Shown here piece after piece: positions 18,455 through 33,400 of a DNA stretch of 64,000 nt. The notes under the pieces are model-generated. The model was not told where the DNA came from, searched no databases, and saw nothing but the letters and a program-made list of their open reading frames with translations. Source of the stretch: an uncultured Verrucomicrobiae bacterium (lineage in GTDB: Bacteria > Verrucomicrobiota > Verrucomicrobiia > Chthoniobacterales > Chthoniobacteraceae). A program made the translations under genes and the position numbers. The stretch's first letter is position 1. Each line of letters begins with the position of its first letter. The stretch is from positions 576,001 to 640,000 of the forward strand of contig CAVYKI010000009.1 of NCBI GenBank assembly GCA_963769025.1. The letters run 5' to 3'.

Positions 18455-21400
18455 CTACACGCCGAACGGCACCTTCCTCGGCCTGCGACGCCGCATGATG
18501 CCGAGAAGGCCGACGGCACCAAGCAGCAGCACGCCAGTGCCGGGCTCGGGCACGACGGAGGTCAGGATGATGTCGCCGCCTGCTCCGCCATAGTAATTGA
18601 TCGTGAACCACTGGCCATTGATGTTGGTCGGGACGTTTGGCAGAAACGGAGTCCCGTTCACGTAGAAGGTGCTCGCGTAGAGGTCGCTTTGCTGGCGCGT
18701 CGCATCCGTGATGATCGTGAATACGTCAGGGTTGTTCGGATTCGGGACGAAGCCACCGTAGTTGATGGTGAGATTCGTCGGCGCGGTGATGTTGACCGAC
18801 GGAGTCGCCCCATTGTTGTTCGCGAAGATGAAATCGTAACCGCCGGGATTGCCTTGGCCGGTGGTGCCATGGATGTCGATGGCGAGGGTGCCGCCGCTGA
18901 ATGTGAGTCCTCCGGTGGTGATGGTCGCGGGAGTTCCCGCGAACGGTGTGAGCGTTCCCTGTTGCAGGACGACCCTCCCTGCGACTCCGGAGGTGGTGTT
19001 TCGGAGGTCGAGCGTGCCTCCGCCGGTCTTGGTGAGTGTCCCGCTGCCGGAGAGCGCGCCGCTCACCACCACGGTCCTCGTGGGGTCGACTGAGATATTT
19101 CCGCCGCCACTCCCCATCGTGATGCCCTGGCTGAGCGCGAGAGTGGCATTCCCTGTGAATGCGAGCGTCGCGCCGTTGCTGATGCTGAACTGGTCCGGCA
19201 CCGGGAGGCTCGGGGGCACTGCGCCGAGGCTCGCATCGCTGGGGACGCTGAGGGTTCCGCCCGCGATCGTGGTCTTGCCGGTGTAGCCATTCGTCCCAGT
19301 CAGGAACATCGTGCCGTTTCCGGTCTTGATGATGCCAGCCGGTCCCTTGCCGGCCCCGCTCAGGTCGGAGACGGGACCGGACACTGTGAGCGTGTCGGCC
19401 ATGTTCGCGGTGGTGAAAGTGATGGTGTTCTGCAGCACAAGCGGTGCGGAAATCGTCGGCGTTCCTCCGTTGACGTTCACGGATGGATTCACCGCAGAGC
19501 CATTCGCCACGAGCGTCAGCGAATTGGCGCCGGCACCCTGCGCAATCGTGCCGGTCACGCCATTCAAGTTCACTTGATTGAGGGCCGGGGCAACCGAGTC
19601 GAGGACCACGGGTCCCGTCACGTTGCTGTTGAAGGTGGCGGTGTCATTGATGCTCAGTGATCCGTCGAGGCCGGGATAACCGCCCGGCGAGGTCCACCGG
19701 GTGAAGTCTCCCCAAGCTCCGCTGGCCATCGGCCCCCAGACTCCGATGCCGCTGTACACATTGCCGATCACCGTGATGCTGGCGGAACCGGGCAGCGTCG
19801 GACTGTTCCCGTTCAGCGTGGAATCATCGCCAAATGTGTAGGTGAAACCCTGGCTGATGGGCCCCAGCCCCTGCCCGAGGGCGAGGCTGGCGCTGATGGC
19901 ACCGCTCAGCCCTGCCTGCACTCCGCTCACACTGCTGAGCGAGATAAGGCCGTTCGGCGCTGCGCTGCCTTTCAGGTCCACGCGTGTGCCGGCGACGTTG
20001 GTGACATTCAGCTGGTTGATGCTCGTGACCACGTTGGCGTAGCCTTGGCGGATATTCCCCAGGTTCAGCGTGCCGCCCGTGAACCCTGCGAATGAGGCGT
20101 GATCGAGCACGTCCACGGCCACCGTGCCTATGGCGGGGGACCCGGTGGCGCCGGGCGCGGTGACGGTGAAATTCCCAGTCTGGCCGAGGCCGATCGGGAC
20201 CGCGGTGCTGTCAAAGCTCAGTCCGGTCCCGCTGCCCGTGGTCTGCGCCGAGACGACCACCGGCGTGCTCACCGAGCCTGTGGTCCTGGTACCGGATGTC
20301 GCGGTGAACGAAAGATCGGCACTGCCCGTCGGAGCGGTATTGGCAACTTCGAACGTGAATGGCACGGAGCCTCCGGTGATGACCTGGAGACCACCCGGGG
20401 TCGTCGGCGTTCCGAGCTGCCCAAAACGCTGCAAGTCCACGGAACTCGCATTGTAAACGAGCTGGTAGCCAGTGGGCAGATTGTTCGTGACGCCGCCGGA
20501 GATGTTGCCGCCCGTGGTGATGCCGCCCGTGAACGTGCCGGTCCGAGAGACCGTGGCGTCCATCAGCGTGTATTTTCCCTGATCGGGGGTCGAGAGCAGG
20601 TTGATCGCGAGTTTCGCACCGGTGATGTTCACCGAGCCCACGACCAGGACGCGGTCCTGATTGCCGGCGCCCGCGCCGACGTCGAAGTTGAAGGTGCTGT
20701 TCGCGGAAAGCGTGAGGGTGGTCGGCTGCGGGCTCGCGCCCGAGGGGCCGAACCGCAGCGTGCCCGTGGCGGTCGGACTGAGGCCCGGGTCGAGGAATGT
20801 CCCGCTGTTCAGCGTCACCGAGCCCGGAGTGACATTATTGCCGCCCTGAATCAGGCCGTTGCCGCCCAGCGTCGCCGTGCCATTCACCGTCACTGCGCCG
20901 AAGCCAGTCACCGAGGTCACCACGCTGTTGTTGTTCACGCGCAGCGCCCCCGCGTCCACCGTGGTCGTGCCGCGGTAGGTGTTGAGGCCGCCCAGTGTCA
21001 GTGTTCCGTTTCCGACTTTGATCAGGCTTCCGAGAATGGTGGAGGCGGAATTCGAGATGATGCCCGTGTAGGTTGTCGAAGTGGCGTTCCCGCCGACGGT
21101 GAGCGCCACACCGGCGGGCGCCCCGGCCGAGTTTTGCAGGGCAAAACTTCCGCTTCCCGCGATGGAGCCGATCGTGGCGGTGGTGACCGTCCCGCCGAAG
21201 CTCAATCCGTTCGCATTGTTCACCAGGGAGGCGCCCCCGAGCACGGTGGAGTTCGTTCCGCTGGCGTTGGCAAGCCGCAGCGACCCGGCTCCCGAAGTGG
21301 TGAGCGTCCCCGTGTAGGTGGCCGCGTTGAGGTTGTTTGTCAGGATGACTCTTCCCGTACCGCTTCCGCCGACGCTCAGGGGGCCGTCCCCGGTCAACTG

Positions 21401-24400
21401 CCCATCCACCCACAGATCCTGCCCGGCGGTGGTGGTTGGCGTCAAAGTTCCTCCCGTTCCCGTGGTGACGGTGATCGTGCCCACGGACGATCCGGTGTTG
21501 GCGAGATGCTGGTTGCCGCCGGTGCTCTGAATGGCACCGCCGTTGAGGACGAAGCTGTTCGGGATGTTGAAATTCGTGGTGTTGCTCCCGGGGGCGAAAG
21601 CCAGCACACCGCCGGCATTGATCGTGACCAGGCCGGTCCCGAGGCTGGACTGGTTTTCGCTGGCTCCAGTTCCCATCCGCACCGTCGCGTTGGTGATCGT
21701 CGTGCCGCCGGAAAACGTGTTGGTCGCGGTGATAAGAGTGAGCGTGCCGCCGCCGGTCACCGCGAGGGCAATCTTGCCCGCCGTCCCGCCGCTTCCGGTG
21801 TCCTGGATCGCTCCTGAATAGGTGGTCGTCGTATTCTGATTGACCGTCAGAGTCGAGGTGCTCGATGCCAGCGAGTTCCGGATGATGCCGCCGGTCGTGT
21901 TGCTGCTCAGCGAACTGATCGTCACGCTCTTTCCGTTCAGGTCGAGCGCGCCGGTGTTCACCACGAGCGGATTTGGTCCCGCGACGGGGCCGAGGGCATT
22001 CGTGCTCGCCGCGCCCAGTTGCACGGCGGTGTTCGTCCCATTGCCGGCGATCGTAAAGCCGCCGGTAAAGGCGGAGTTGTCACCGCCGAGAACGACCTTT
22101 CCAGTCGAAGTCGCAGCCGTGGTGATCGAGAGCGCCGAACTGCCGCTCATCGGGGCGGTCACCGTCAGATCGGTCGATGATTGGATGATCCACGCCTGAA
22201 TGCCACCGAGGACCAGGCCGGACGTGCCGATGCTCGCCGACCCCGCACCCGCGAGCATCTGCAGATTGTTGTTGAGCGTGAGGACGTTTGCCCCGCCGAT
22301 GCTGACCGCCCCGACCGTTGCGCTATTGTTGAAGATCAACTGGTCGATCGTGAAATCCTGCCCGAGCGTGGTGGCGGTATTGACGCCGCCGCTCGCCTTG
22401 AAGTTCACGATCGATGTCGCATTCGGGATGTCGTTCGGATCGACCCCGGCGCTCACCGCATCCACCCAGTTCGTGCCGCCCGAATTGGTGTTCCACACGG
22501 TTCCCTGCGCCCCGGTCCAGAAGAAGGTCTGGGTCACGCCGCCGACGATGAGCTGCAGGGAACTGGTGCCGGAGGTGCTCAGTTTCCATCCGTTTGCGAA
22601 GACCAGACCGGTTCCCACGGCACCCCCATTGACCGAGCCCGCTGAAAATGTGCCCGTGTACGTCACCCCGGAAAAGGTGATGAGCGAATAGATGCCGGTC
22701 GCCAGCGAGGTCGTGGGGAGCTGCGTCAGATTCACGATGCCACCTCCGGAGTTCACCAGGAGCTTCGCTGTCCCGGTGATGGAGATACGGTCGGTCGTCG
22801 TGTTCGCGACGTCGAAATTGAGCAGTGCCGCCAAGCCGCCGCCACTGCCGATGGCGAGCGCGTTGCCCGTCCCCTGCGTCGTGAGCGTCAGGGTGCCGAT
22901 GGATCCATTCGTGAGGTCGATCGCGCCGCGCGCCGACCCCCCGCCGCCCGTCCCGCCGTTCACGGTAACACTGGTGAGGCTGACCGAATTGCCAATCGAA
23001 CCGGTGCCGCCGAGCGAGCCTGCAAAGAGGCTGCCGCCGCCCACGATCACGTTGGTATTCGCCAGTGAACCGTTCACGATCAGCTTTCCGGCACTGATGG
23101 TCGTATTCCCGGTGTAGCTGCTCGCCCCGTTGAGCGTCTGCGTGCCGATGCCGACTTTCGTGACCCGCAGATTCCCGACGGTGGCTTCCGTGAGCGTGCC
23201 GTCGAATGTGGCGTTCACGTTGGATGTCGTGTCGCTGGTCGAGGTGCCGCCGATGAAGAGGGTCTGCAAGGCACCCGAATTGGTGACCATTCCTCCGCCA
23301 TTGAGAGCGAGGAGGATCTGGTTGTTCTGGCCGGAGATGTCGTAGGCCGCCCCCTGCGCGACGGTGAGATTCAGGCCGGCCGGGACCGCCGTCGCGGCGC
23401 CGAGCTTGAGGACGCCGCCGTTGACATTGATCGTCGTCGTGGTGGCCGGGGCATACGCATTCGCCCCGTTCGAGAGGACGAGGGTGCCGGCGCCCGTCTT
23501 GTTCAGGGTGAGAGCGGTGCCGCCGCCATTCAGGACGCCGCTGATGGTCGTGGTGTTCAGCAGGCCGTTGACTTCGATTGCGTGGGTGCCGCCGCCGATG
23601 AGCGTGACCGTCCCGGCGAGGATCACGCCGTTGCCAGCCGTCGCCGCACCGTTGCCCAGCGTGCCAAAGACGGCGTTGACGGCGATGTTCACGGCATTGG
23701 AGATCGTGCGCAACGTGCCGTCGCTCAGGAGCGCGGTGCCGTTCGCCATGTTCAGCGGGCCCGTCCCCAGCGGTCCGCTGGTGACGGTGGCGCCGACGGT
23801 GCTCGGCGTGCTGTTTGCGCCGAGGATGATGCTGCCCTCGCTCAGATTCACTCCGCCCGTGAAGGTGTTGCCGGTGAAGGTCAGCGCGCCGGTCGCCGCA
23901 CCGCTTGCGTTGGTGTTGGCACTGAGAGTGATCGTGTTGTTCGCGGTGTTGATCGCGCTAATCACCGTGCCGACCGGGACGTTGAGGCCCGATACGGCCA
24001 TGCCGACCGAGAGGCCGGTCGGATTGCCCATCGTAACCTGGTTGGAACTGTTGGCGGTGGTGCCGGTCAGGGCAAAGGACGGCGTCAGGATCAGTGAGCC
24101 GATCCCGGTTTTCACCAATGTCCCGCCCGACGTGCCCGGCGTGATCGGCACGCTCACCAGCAGACCTTGCGGCGAGGCGCCGGCGGTGGTGATGGTGCTG
24201 TTGGCCAGCACCAGGGTCGAGCCGGTGCCACTGATCACGGGCGTGAACGAGAGGCTGTCGTTGGTGACGCTGATGCCGTTGGTGAGCGTCAGCATCCCGG
24301 CCGTTCCGAGCGCGACCGTCGGGGCGGCGCTGCCACCGATGTTGTTGATGGTGATGTTCCCGAGCGTGTTCGCGCCGAAGAGATTGAAAACGCCGCCGCC

Positions 24401-27400
24401 GTTGATGGTGACGTTGCTCGTGCTGACGATCTGCCCGGAATTGCCGAAGGACAGGGCGATATTGGTTCCTGCGATGACCCCGGCGGCGTTGGTGATCGTG
24501 ATGTTGTTCCCCGCGATGGCCGTAACCGTCGAGCCGACAGGAATGCCATTGCCGATCACCCTCATGCCCAGCGACAGGCCCGTCACGTTGGGAAGCGTGA
24601 TGGTGCCGTTGCCCGCATTCACCGTGGCAGCGGTGATCGCAATATTCTGCGTGGAGACCGTCGCATTGTTGATCTCGATGTTGCCGGGGATCACCGTCGT
24701 CCCTGCCAGGCCGGCGAGGTTCAACGTGCCCTGATTGACGAAGGTTCCGCCGGTGTAGGTGTTGTTCAGCCCGAGGCCGAAACTGATCTGGCTCGCGCCG
24801 CCCGCCGTGGCGTTGCCTCCGTTGATGGTAATGTTGAAGGCGTTGTTGGCCGTGCTGATCGAGGCGATGGTCGCGCCGGCGGGGATGCCAGCACCGATCA
24901 CGGGCATGCCCACGGTGAGGCCGGTGACCGTTTCCAGCGCGATGACATTGGTCCCCTGGATCAAGCCGCCATTCATCACGACTTGCGGAGACAGGGTGAG
25001 CGTGCCGGTTCCGGTCTTTACGAGCGGAACGTCGCCCGTGGTGTTGTTTCCCACCGAGATCGAGCTGCCAAAGATGAGATTCACGCCGTTGGAACTCGAG
25101 GTCACCGGCAGTGACAGGGTGACGTTGGTCCCGCTGATGGAAACAATCTTGGTGCCCGGCTGAATCCCGTTGCCTGTCACCGTCATGCCATTCGCGAGGC
25201 CGGTCGTATTGTTCACCGCAATCACCGTGGCGCCGGCATTGATGGAGCCGCCCCTCATGGCCTCATTGATGCCCAGCCGCGCGAAATTCAGCGTCGCTTG
25301 GAACGCGATGCTCCGGAGGGAGGTCGCGCCTGAGACCGGCGCGCTCAGGGTCGCGGTGTTCCCGGAGATGTTGGTGACGGTCGTGTTGAGGGGGACGCCA
25401 ATGCCGCTGACCACCATGCCCACGGCGAGCGCCGAAATCTGGCCGGGCTGCATGGTGATGAGGTTGCTGTTGTTCCCGGCCGAAAGGATGAACGTCTGAG
25501 GCGCCAGCGTCTGGGTGGCGTTGTTGCTCAGCGTGATCGTGGTGGGCGCCTGCGGAGTGCCGAGTGCGGTGATGATCGTGCCCGCCGGGATGCCCGGCCC
25601 GCTGGCATACATTCCCACTGCGAGGCTGGTGACGTTCGCCAGAAAGACCGCGTTCGACCCGCCTGTCGTGAAGGAATTGGCCTTCTGCAAATCGGTGACC
25701 GTAAAGGTCGCCGCCGGGATGGAGGCCCCGGTGGGTGCCGAGAAGGTGAAGGCCGCCGCAGCCGAGATGGGCACGGTGCTCGCATTCGTCGGGCCGCTTG
25801 GGTTGTTCGGGTTGATGGTCTGCACCACGCCGGGGGCAAAGGGCTGACCGGTGGTGGCGATGGCCGTGATCGTCGCGCCGACCGGGATGCCGGGCCCGCT
25901 GATTGCCTGCCCCACGATGAGCCCCGAGGTGCTCCCGACGGTGACGATATTCGAGAACCCGTCCGTGTTGGCGCTGTAGAGTTGGTTGCCGTTGTTTACG
26001 AGTTGGCTGTTGACGGTGATGGCTCCGCTGCCGGTCGTGGTCACGTAGAGTGTGCCCGGGGCGTTGGCGACACTTCCGGCGGTCAGCCTGCCGCCTTGGA
26101 TGGAGATGGTCTGGCCGGAATTCACCAGCACGCCGCCCGTGGCGATGGACAGCGTGTCGGTGGGAAGGTTGATCGGGACCACCGTCGCGGCACCCGGGTT
26201 GCGGATCGCGAGTGAATTCACCGTGCGCCCGGCAATCGGCAGCACGGAGGCGGTGACGCTGAGATTATCCGCCGCGTGGGCAATGGCCGGCGCGCTGGTC
26301 GAGTAGGTCGGGAAGCCCGCGCTCGTGAAGGCGCCGATGCCCTGCGAACCGGCCACCGGCGAAGAGAGGTATCCCGCGAACTCGGTGCCGCCCACCGTCA
26401 TCCATGCCGGCAGCATGCCGTTCACGAGCAACGAGGCCGGGCTGGCCGCGCCGCCGCCGCTGGGGGTGATGCTGGCGATCTGGACTTGGTTGTTGTTCAG
26501 TCCGCCGCCGCCGAGCGTGCCGTTGGTGGAGGCAAAGCTCACGGTCGCCCCTGGGCTCTGCTGGACGAGCGAGCCGATGCTGATCATCGCCGAGGAGCCG
26601 GCATTTTGAAGGGTGCTCTGGGTGAAGATATTCGCGCCCGAGGCCAGGTTCACGTTGTTGAAGGTCGCGCTCGAATCCACCGAGCCGGCCGAGCTTTGCG
26701 AAACAGTGCCTCCATTCAGCGTCAGGAGGGAGGTGGAGGGAATCCGGATTGGGTTCAACGCCGACGCCGGATTGAGGCCGCCCTGGTTGAGGAACAGCGT
26801 GCCAAAATTCACGTTCACTGCGCTGGTTTCCAGCGTGCCGGAATCGCGCAACTCGAGGGTGCCGCCGCGGATCAGGGTCGTGCCGGTGTAGGTGTTCACG
26901 TTGGTCAGCGTGAGCGTGCTGTTGCCGGAATTGATGAGATTGATCGCGTTGTTCGCGCCCGGGACCCCGGTGCCGATGGAGCCGGAGAATACGGTGCTGG
27001 TGTTGGTCGCGGTCGTCAGGGTCACGGTGACGCCGCCGGAGTTGATGACCGTGCCGCCCGCGCCGGGGAGGGGATTGACGTTGGTGAGGCGTTCGACGAC
27101 CTGGTTGTTGCCGTTCAAGTCAAGCGTGCCGCCATTCAGGAACAGGCCGAGCGCCGTGGCGACGTTCCCGGTCGGCTGGAGGAGGATCGTGTTGTTGCCG
27201 GCGTTCAGCTTGAGCGTGCCGCCATTGATGGTGGTGCCGTTCGTCCCGGCGGTGCCGGTGTAGAACTGCGGTGCGTTCAAGGTGAGCGTGCCGTCGGCCG
27301 CCTTCACGATGCCGGCGTTCCCCGCGGTGATCGATCCGTTCAGATCCAGGTTGGTCGTACCTCCCACCACGTGAAAGTATTGCGTCGCGCCGCTGGGGGA

Positions 27401-30400
27401 GGCGATCGCGCCGATGCCGATCGTGGCATTCCCCAGAGCGAGGAAACCGCCGGAGGTCACCGTGAGGGTGAGCGGTCCGCCGGTCGGCCCGTAAACGCCG
27501 GCAGGCGCGCCGTGACCGGAGGTGAGCGTGGGAGTCCCCGCGCCGAGAAGGGTGAGGCTGTTGATGGTCTGGTTGGAGAACAGCTTGTTCTTGGCCGGGT
27601 CACTGTTGTTGACCGACGTGAGGCCGACGTTGGCGTTCGGGGTCAGCGCCCCGCCGGTGGCCTGGACCATGTCCGTGGCCAGTTCGTTGAGCTGATCGAG
27701 CGGACGCAAAAGATTCCCGCCGGTCCTCGTGATGAAGCCGGTGCCCAGCCCGCCCGACGCGTCGCCGATCATGTCGGGCCGGATCTGGAGCGTCTGGGGC
27801 CCGCCGCCGCTGCCGATCGCATTGAAGGTGCCGTTGACGATCACGTTCACGCTGCCGGCCCCCGAGCCGCCGAGGCCGTTCCCGGTGATGAGCACCGAAT
27901 CCTGCCCGGCCTTGTCGGAGACGGATCCGGTGACTGTGATCGCCGTGGCGCCACCCGCACCGGGCGTGAGAAGGATCGTGCTGCCGCCATTGCCGAAGTT
28001 CAAAATGTTGACCGTTTCGCTCGACCCCGCAGCGTTCCCGATCATCGCGAGCGTGCCACCTGTGAGGGTGACTGTTCCGTTCGCCGCGTTGAGGCCGAGG
28101 CGATCATCGGCGGCGACTGCGGCATTGTCGATCGTCAGCGTCCCGGTGGCCGAGACGGTATAGGTGACTCCGGAAAGCGGAGTCGAGGGGTAGGCCTTGC
28201 CTGCGCCGCTGTAGGTGAGCCCGCCGCCGTTGACCGTCACGCCGCCGCTCGACCCCGAGAGCGCGTTCTGCGCGCTGGTGATGGTCATGGTTCCGGTGCC
28301 GACCTTGACCAGCACCACCGCGGCGGGGGTCTGGTCGTTGAAGCGGCTGAACTGGCCGGAGAACGTGGTGTTCGAATTGTCAAAGCCAACCGTGAGGGTC
28401 TGGGTGTTCGCGACTACATTGGTCACGGTGCCCGAACCGGAGAGCGAACCGAGCGTGGTGCTGAATCCGTTGAGATTCAGCCGGGTGCCGGCGGCGAGGG
28501 TGACCGCGGAGAAACGTGAGCCGCCGTTGGTGACGCCGATCTGGAGGCCACCCGCGTTCACGTTCACAGGGCCGGTGAAGGCAGCCTGCGCATTGAACTG
28601 CAGCACGCCTGTGCCGGTCTTGTTGAAGCCGCCGACGGAGCCCGTCACGCCTTGCAGGATGAGGCCCGCAGTGGTCGGCGCAAAATCGGTGAAAGTGCCG
28701 AAGTTGTAGCTGCCCACATTGACGGTGGAGAGTCCGCCGCCAAAGTCGATCCGCCCGGCCACGAGCGACTGCGCCGAAGGGTTCGCCGCGCTGGCGACGA
28801 TGCCAGCGGTGCCGAGCGTGAGGGTGCCGGTTCCCAGCGGGGTCAGGCTGCGGAAGGTCGTCACCGTAGGCGCGATGTTGCCGCCGCCGAGGTTGTTGAG
28901 AATGAGCCCCGCCAGCGTGTTGTCCCCGGCAAGGGTCAGCGCGGCGAGGCCGTTGACCGTCGCCACGTTCGATGCGGCGATTGTCCCGCCGGGATTCTGA
29001 TAGACATTGCCGACGCCGCTCACTTCGCCGCCGTTGATGATGAGGCCGTTCGCGGCCACGGCTGCCGCGGGGATGTTGCCCGTCGCGCCGATGACAAGCG
29101 TGCCTCCGTTGACCACGGTGCCCCCGGTGTAAGTGTTCGTGCCGCTCAGCATGAGGAAGTCGGCATTCGCGCTGGTAATGGCGGTGTCAGCCGCCCCGGC
29201 GGCTTCGATCAGGCGGACGCTTCCCGTGCCGTTGTCGGTGATCCCCGCGCTGACGATGAACGTGCGGTTGTTCCCTCCGTAATTCAATTGGTGCAGGTAG
29301 AGATCGCTCCCACCTCCGACACCGGGGCCTGTGCTGGTGATGGTGCCGTTCTGGACGGTGATGTTCTGGTTGTCACCGTTCAGGGCGAGGATCATGCCGC
29401 CGCCGGCGAGCGTCAGTTTCTTTCCACCGAGATCGATGATGGTCGGGACCGGCACGCCTGCCACGGCCGCCACGTTGGTGTTCACGGTGAGCGTATTCAC
29501 CGTCGTATCCACGGCGAGTCCCGGCACCCCGAGCGTCGCGCGAATGTTGTCCGTCGCGAGCGGCTGCCGGTTCAGGAAATTCGTGGAGTAACCCGCGAAG
29601 CCGGTCTGGTTCAATGCGCCAACCCCGAGGGTCGGGATGTAGCTGGCAAACTCGCGATCCACCACGGCCCAAGGTCCGATCAGGTCGGCGCTGAGCGTAG
29701 GCGGGGAGGTGATCACGATGCGGCCGGTGCTCCCAATCGCACCGAGCCCGCCCCCATTGAGCGCGGATCCCACGACATCCGGAAACCGCACCGTGGCGCT
29801 CAGATTCCCCCCCCTCGTGAGCGAGGCCAGCGTGAGCACCGCGGAATTCACGCCGGTCCCGCCAGCCGCGGACTGAATCATGTTCTGCCCCTGCAGCAGG
29901 GTTACGGATCCGACGGTCTGTGTGGTTTCCGTCTGCGCCCTGCCGCTTGAGTAGGAGAGCGAGCCGCCGCGCATGGAGATGGGCGCAGCGGCGTTCAGGC
30001 GATTCGGGAGCGCGAAGGTGTTGTTATCGTTCAGCGCCAGCCGCGCGTAGTTCAGCACGATCGACGAGGTGTTGGGCAGTGAGCCCCCGTCCCGGAATTC
30101 GTTGATGCCGCCGGAAAACTGCGTCGTCCCGCTGTAGGTGCTCGCGCTGTAAAAATTGTAGGTTTGGTTGCTGCTCTTCAGGAAGCTCATCGCGCCCTTG
30201 GTCGGATCCTGCGTGATGACGCCGCCAAAGTTTCGGAGGGCGCCATCCAGGCCCAGGATCAGCGCTGCCGGGCTGGCGCTCGAGTTCGTGTAGGTGCCCG
30301 CATTGCCGGAGAGCGTTGCTCCATCCCCGGTCGTGCCGAATGCAAACTGGAAGGTCCCGTTCAGATCCAGCGTGGCTCCGGTGGCGACGAGGATGTATTG

Positions 30401-33400
30401 GTTCGGTGTCAGCGTATTGTTCCCGCCACCGAGGATCAGCTTTCCGCCGTTCACCGAAAAGTTCCCGTTCAGGGTCTGCCCGCTGAGATTCGGGATTCCC
30501 GCGCGGTTGGGCGCGATGGGAGTCAGGGTCAATGTGCCCTCGCCGGCCTTCACGAACCCGGAGCCGCCGCTGAGCAAGCTGCCGATGCTGAGCGAGGCGC
30601 CGGCATTCACATAGACGAATGGCTGCGCACCGAAGAGAATGATCGGGAAGTTGACCTGCGGGTTGCCGCTCGGAACGAGGATGGCGCCAGCCGAGAGCGT
30701 CAGCGCCGTGCCCTGCGTTCCTGCGCCCGTGGCCGAGAAGCTCCCGCTGATGCGGAAGGCGTTGATCGTGGCGGCCGCGGTGAATGTGGGGTCCGTGGTG
30801 AGGTCAAACGTCGCCGTGGAAGTCCCGCTGAAGACGTTGCTCGTGTTGTAATTTGCAAACGCCTGGATGCCGTTCGTGTTCGCGACTGCGCCCGTCGTGT
30901 TGTACGAAACAAAATCGGTGCCGTTCAGCGTGGCGCGCTGGATGATGCTGTTCGTCGTCCCGGGGTTGGTCTGGGTGAACGTGATCGTGTTGGAGCCCGC
31001 GCCAAGCCCGGCGCCCTGAAAGTCCAGGTTCCCATCGCCATTGATGGTGAGAGTCTTGAAGAACAGTGAGACCGACCCGGAGCCCGGATTGGACGCCACC
31101 ACGTTCGTCGGGCCGCGGCTGACACTGAGCGTGCCGAATGTCTCGACGGAAGCCCCCGCACCGCCGTTGTAGGTGAGCTTTCCGCCTGTCAGCTGCAGAT
31201 TCCGGTTGCTGCCAAAGGTGAGGGACTGCGGCGAAGCGGAACCGGTCGTGGGGAGATTGAGCGTGACGACCCCGGTGGTCGTGTTGACGGCAGTCACGAA
31301 ACTGCCCGGCGCGATGTTCGCGCCAAAGACAGGCACGAAGGTCGTCACGGTCGCAGCCTGGGCGGGCGTGAGGGTCAGCGTCGTGGCGCCTCCGCCGACC
31401 GTCGCGGTGTAAACGCCGGACCCCATGTGCAGCGTGGGCGTGGCACCGGTGTCGTCGATAAGAAGCACACCTGAAGGCCCCTGCACGAGGGTGGTGTTCG
31501 CGGCGGAAGGATTGCCAATCGCGACGCCGTTGCCGCTGATCCTCAGCGTCCCCTCGTTCACATTGATCGCGTTGAGGAATCCCGGGCTGTTCACGCCCAG
31601 CGTCAAGGTCCCGACCCCGGCCTTCGTGAGCGAGGAAATGGCTGACTTTGACGTGAAGGCCGCGCCGCCCTGGGTTCCGGTCGCATTGATGTTGATGGTG
31701 ACGGTGGTCGCGGTCTTCGCGGTCACCGTCGTATTCGCGGCGAGGTACCCCGCGCCCCCGTCCGACAGCACCTGGCCGACGACGATGGAATCGGTGTTCG
31801 GGATGTTTTGGATCAGATTCGTTCCGAAATTCACGTCGCCGCTGAACGAATAGGTCGGGTCCAGTGGCGTGGTCGTGATGTTCACGGTCCCGGCATTGTT
31901 GAACGTGAGAGCCTGGGAACCGGTGATGCCTCCGGTGATGTTGAGCGTCGATCCCGCATTCGAGCCGATGGTGGTCGCCCCGGTCATCACGATCTGGCCG
32001 CTGGCGGTGTTCGTGACTGCGCCACGGCCCTGCAGCGCCCCGGTGGAACCGATGCCGGTCCCGGTCAGAAACAGGCGGTTTGCAATGGTGACGCCGCCGG
32101 CAATCTGGAATGCCGCACCCGTCTGGGCGACGGTCACGGAGCTGGCCGATCCGGTCCCGAGAGCGGTGGTGGTCTGGACTCTCACCGCGCCGGCATTGAT
32201 CCGCACCGGACCGCTCCAAGCCGCGCCGTTAAAGGTGACGTTCCCCGAGCCCGGGCCGGTCGCGGCGTCGCTCAGGGTCACGATGCCGGTGGTGACGTCA
32301 ACGTTCGTAACCGTCGTGCCGGGGGCAATGCCCGCGCCGGTGACGGTGGTCCCCCTCAGCGGCAGCGAGAGCGCCTCGGACGGCGTCAGGGTGATGGTCT
32401 GGTCAAACTGCTGGATCGGAACCGAGGGCGCAAAACTCTGCACCGTCGCGCCATTGTTCGCCGTGATGAGCAGCGTTCCGTTGTCGTTCTTGACGATGCC
32501 ATTGGTCTCGAATCCGGCGGGGAGCCCGAACGGCGCATCCACGGTGAAGATATTGCCGACGGTGACCTCGATCCCGTTCTGCGGTGTGGCGACCGTCGGG
32601 TTCGTCACCGCGTTCAGCGAGGCCGTGTTTGCGAAAATCGTCCGGCTTGTGGAGAAGGTGTTCGTCGCGCGCAACGTGGCGATGCTGCCCGTCCCGTCCC
32701 AGTTCAGGTTGACGGTGTTCAGGGCGTTGCCGAGCGCACCATTGCTGGCCACCGCGATCACGCCGTCCACGATGGAGATGGCGCTGCGGGCGCCTCCGAA
32801 CGTATTGCCGCTGTTGCTGAGGACGAGGGTGCCGTTGCCGATTTTTTGCAGAACCGTGTTCACCGATCCGGTGACTGCACCGCTGACGATGCCGCTGAAC
32901 GTGAGCCCCTGCACCGCATTCGACGCGGTCGGGTTCACCACGTTGAAGACACCGGGATTGAAAAGATCCGTCATGCTCACCGTCCCGGTGAAATCGACGC
33001 CGCTGCCCGCGTTGTTCTGGGCGGTGAGTGTCAGGTTTCCGAGCGTGAGGCTGCCCAGTTGCACGGTCTTGTTCGCGGCGCTCCTGAAAAGACCGCCGTA
33101 TGCCGTCCCGTCGCGATCCGGCTGGACGGTCGCGTCACTGATCATCGTGACATTGATGGGCTGCGCAAAGGTAAGCGTCTGCGGGGCGCCTGTGCCGTTG
33201 CCGCCCGCATAGGCCGCGCCGCCATTGCCATCGAGCGCCAGGATCAGGGTTCCGCTGGTGGTCACCGCATTGCCTTTGGCGAGCGCCTGCAGGCGGGCGA
33301 TGGAAAGCTTCGCCCCGGTCTCGATCACGACCGGTCCGCTGAAGCCGCCCGCGCCGCTGTTGTCACCGCTCAGGGTCACGATTCCGCCCGAGCCGGTCGG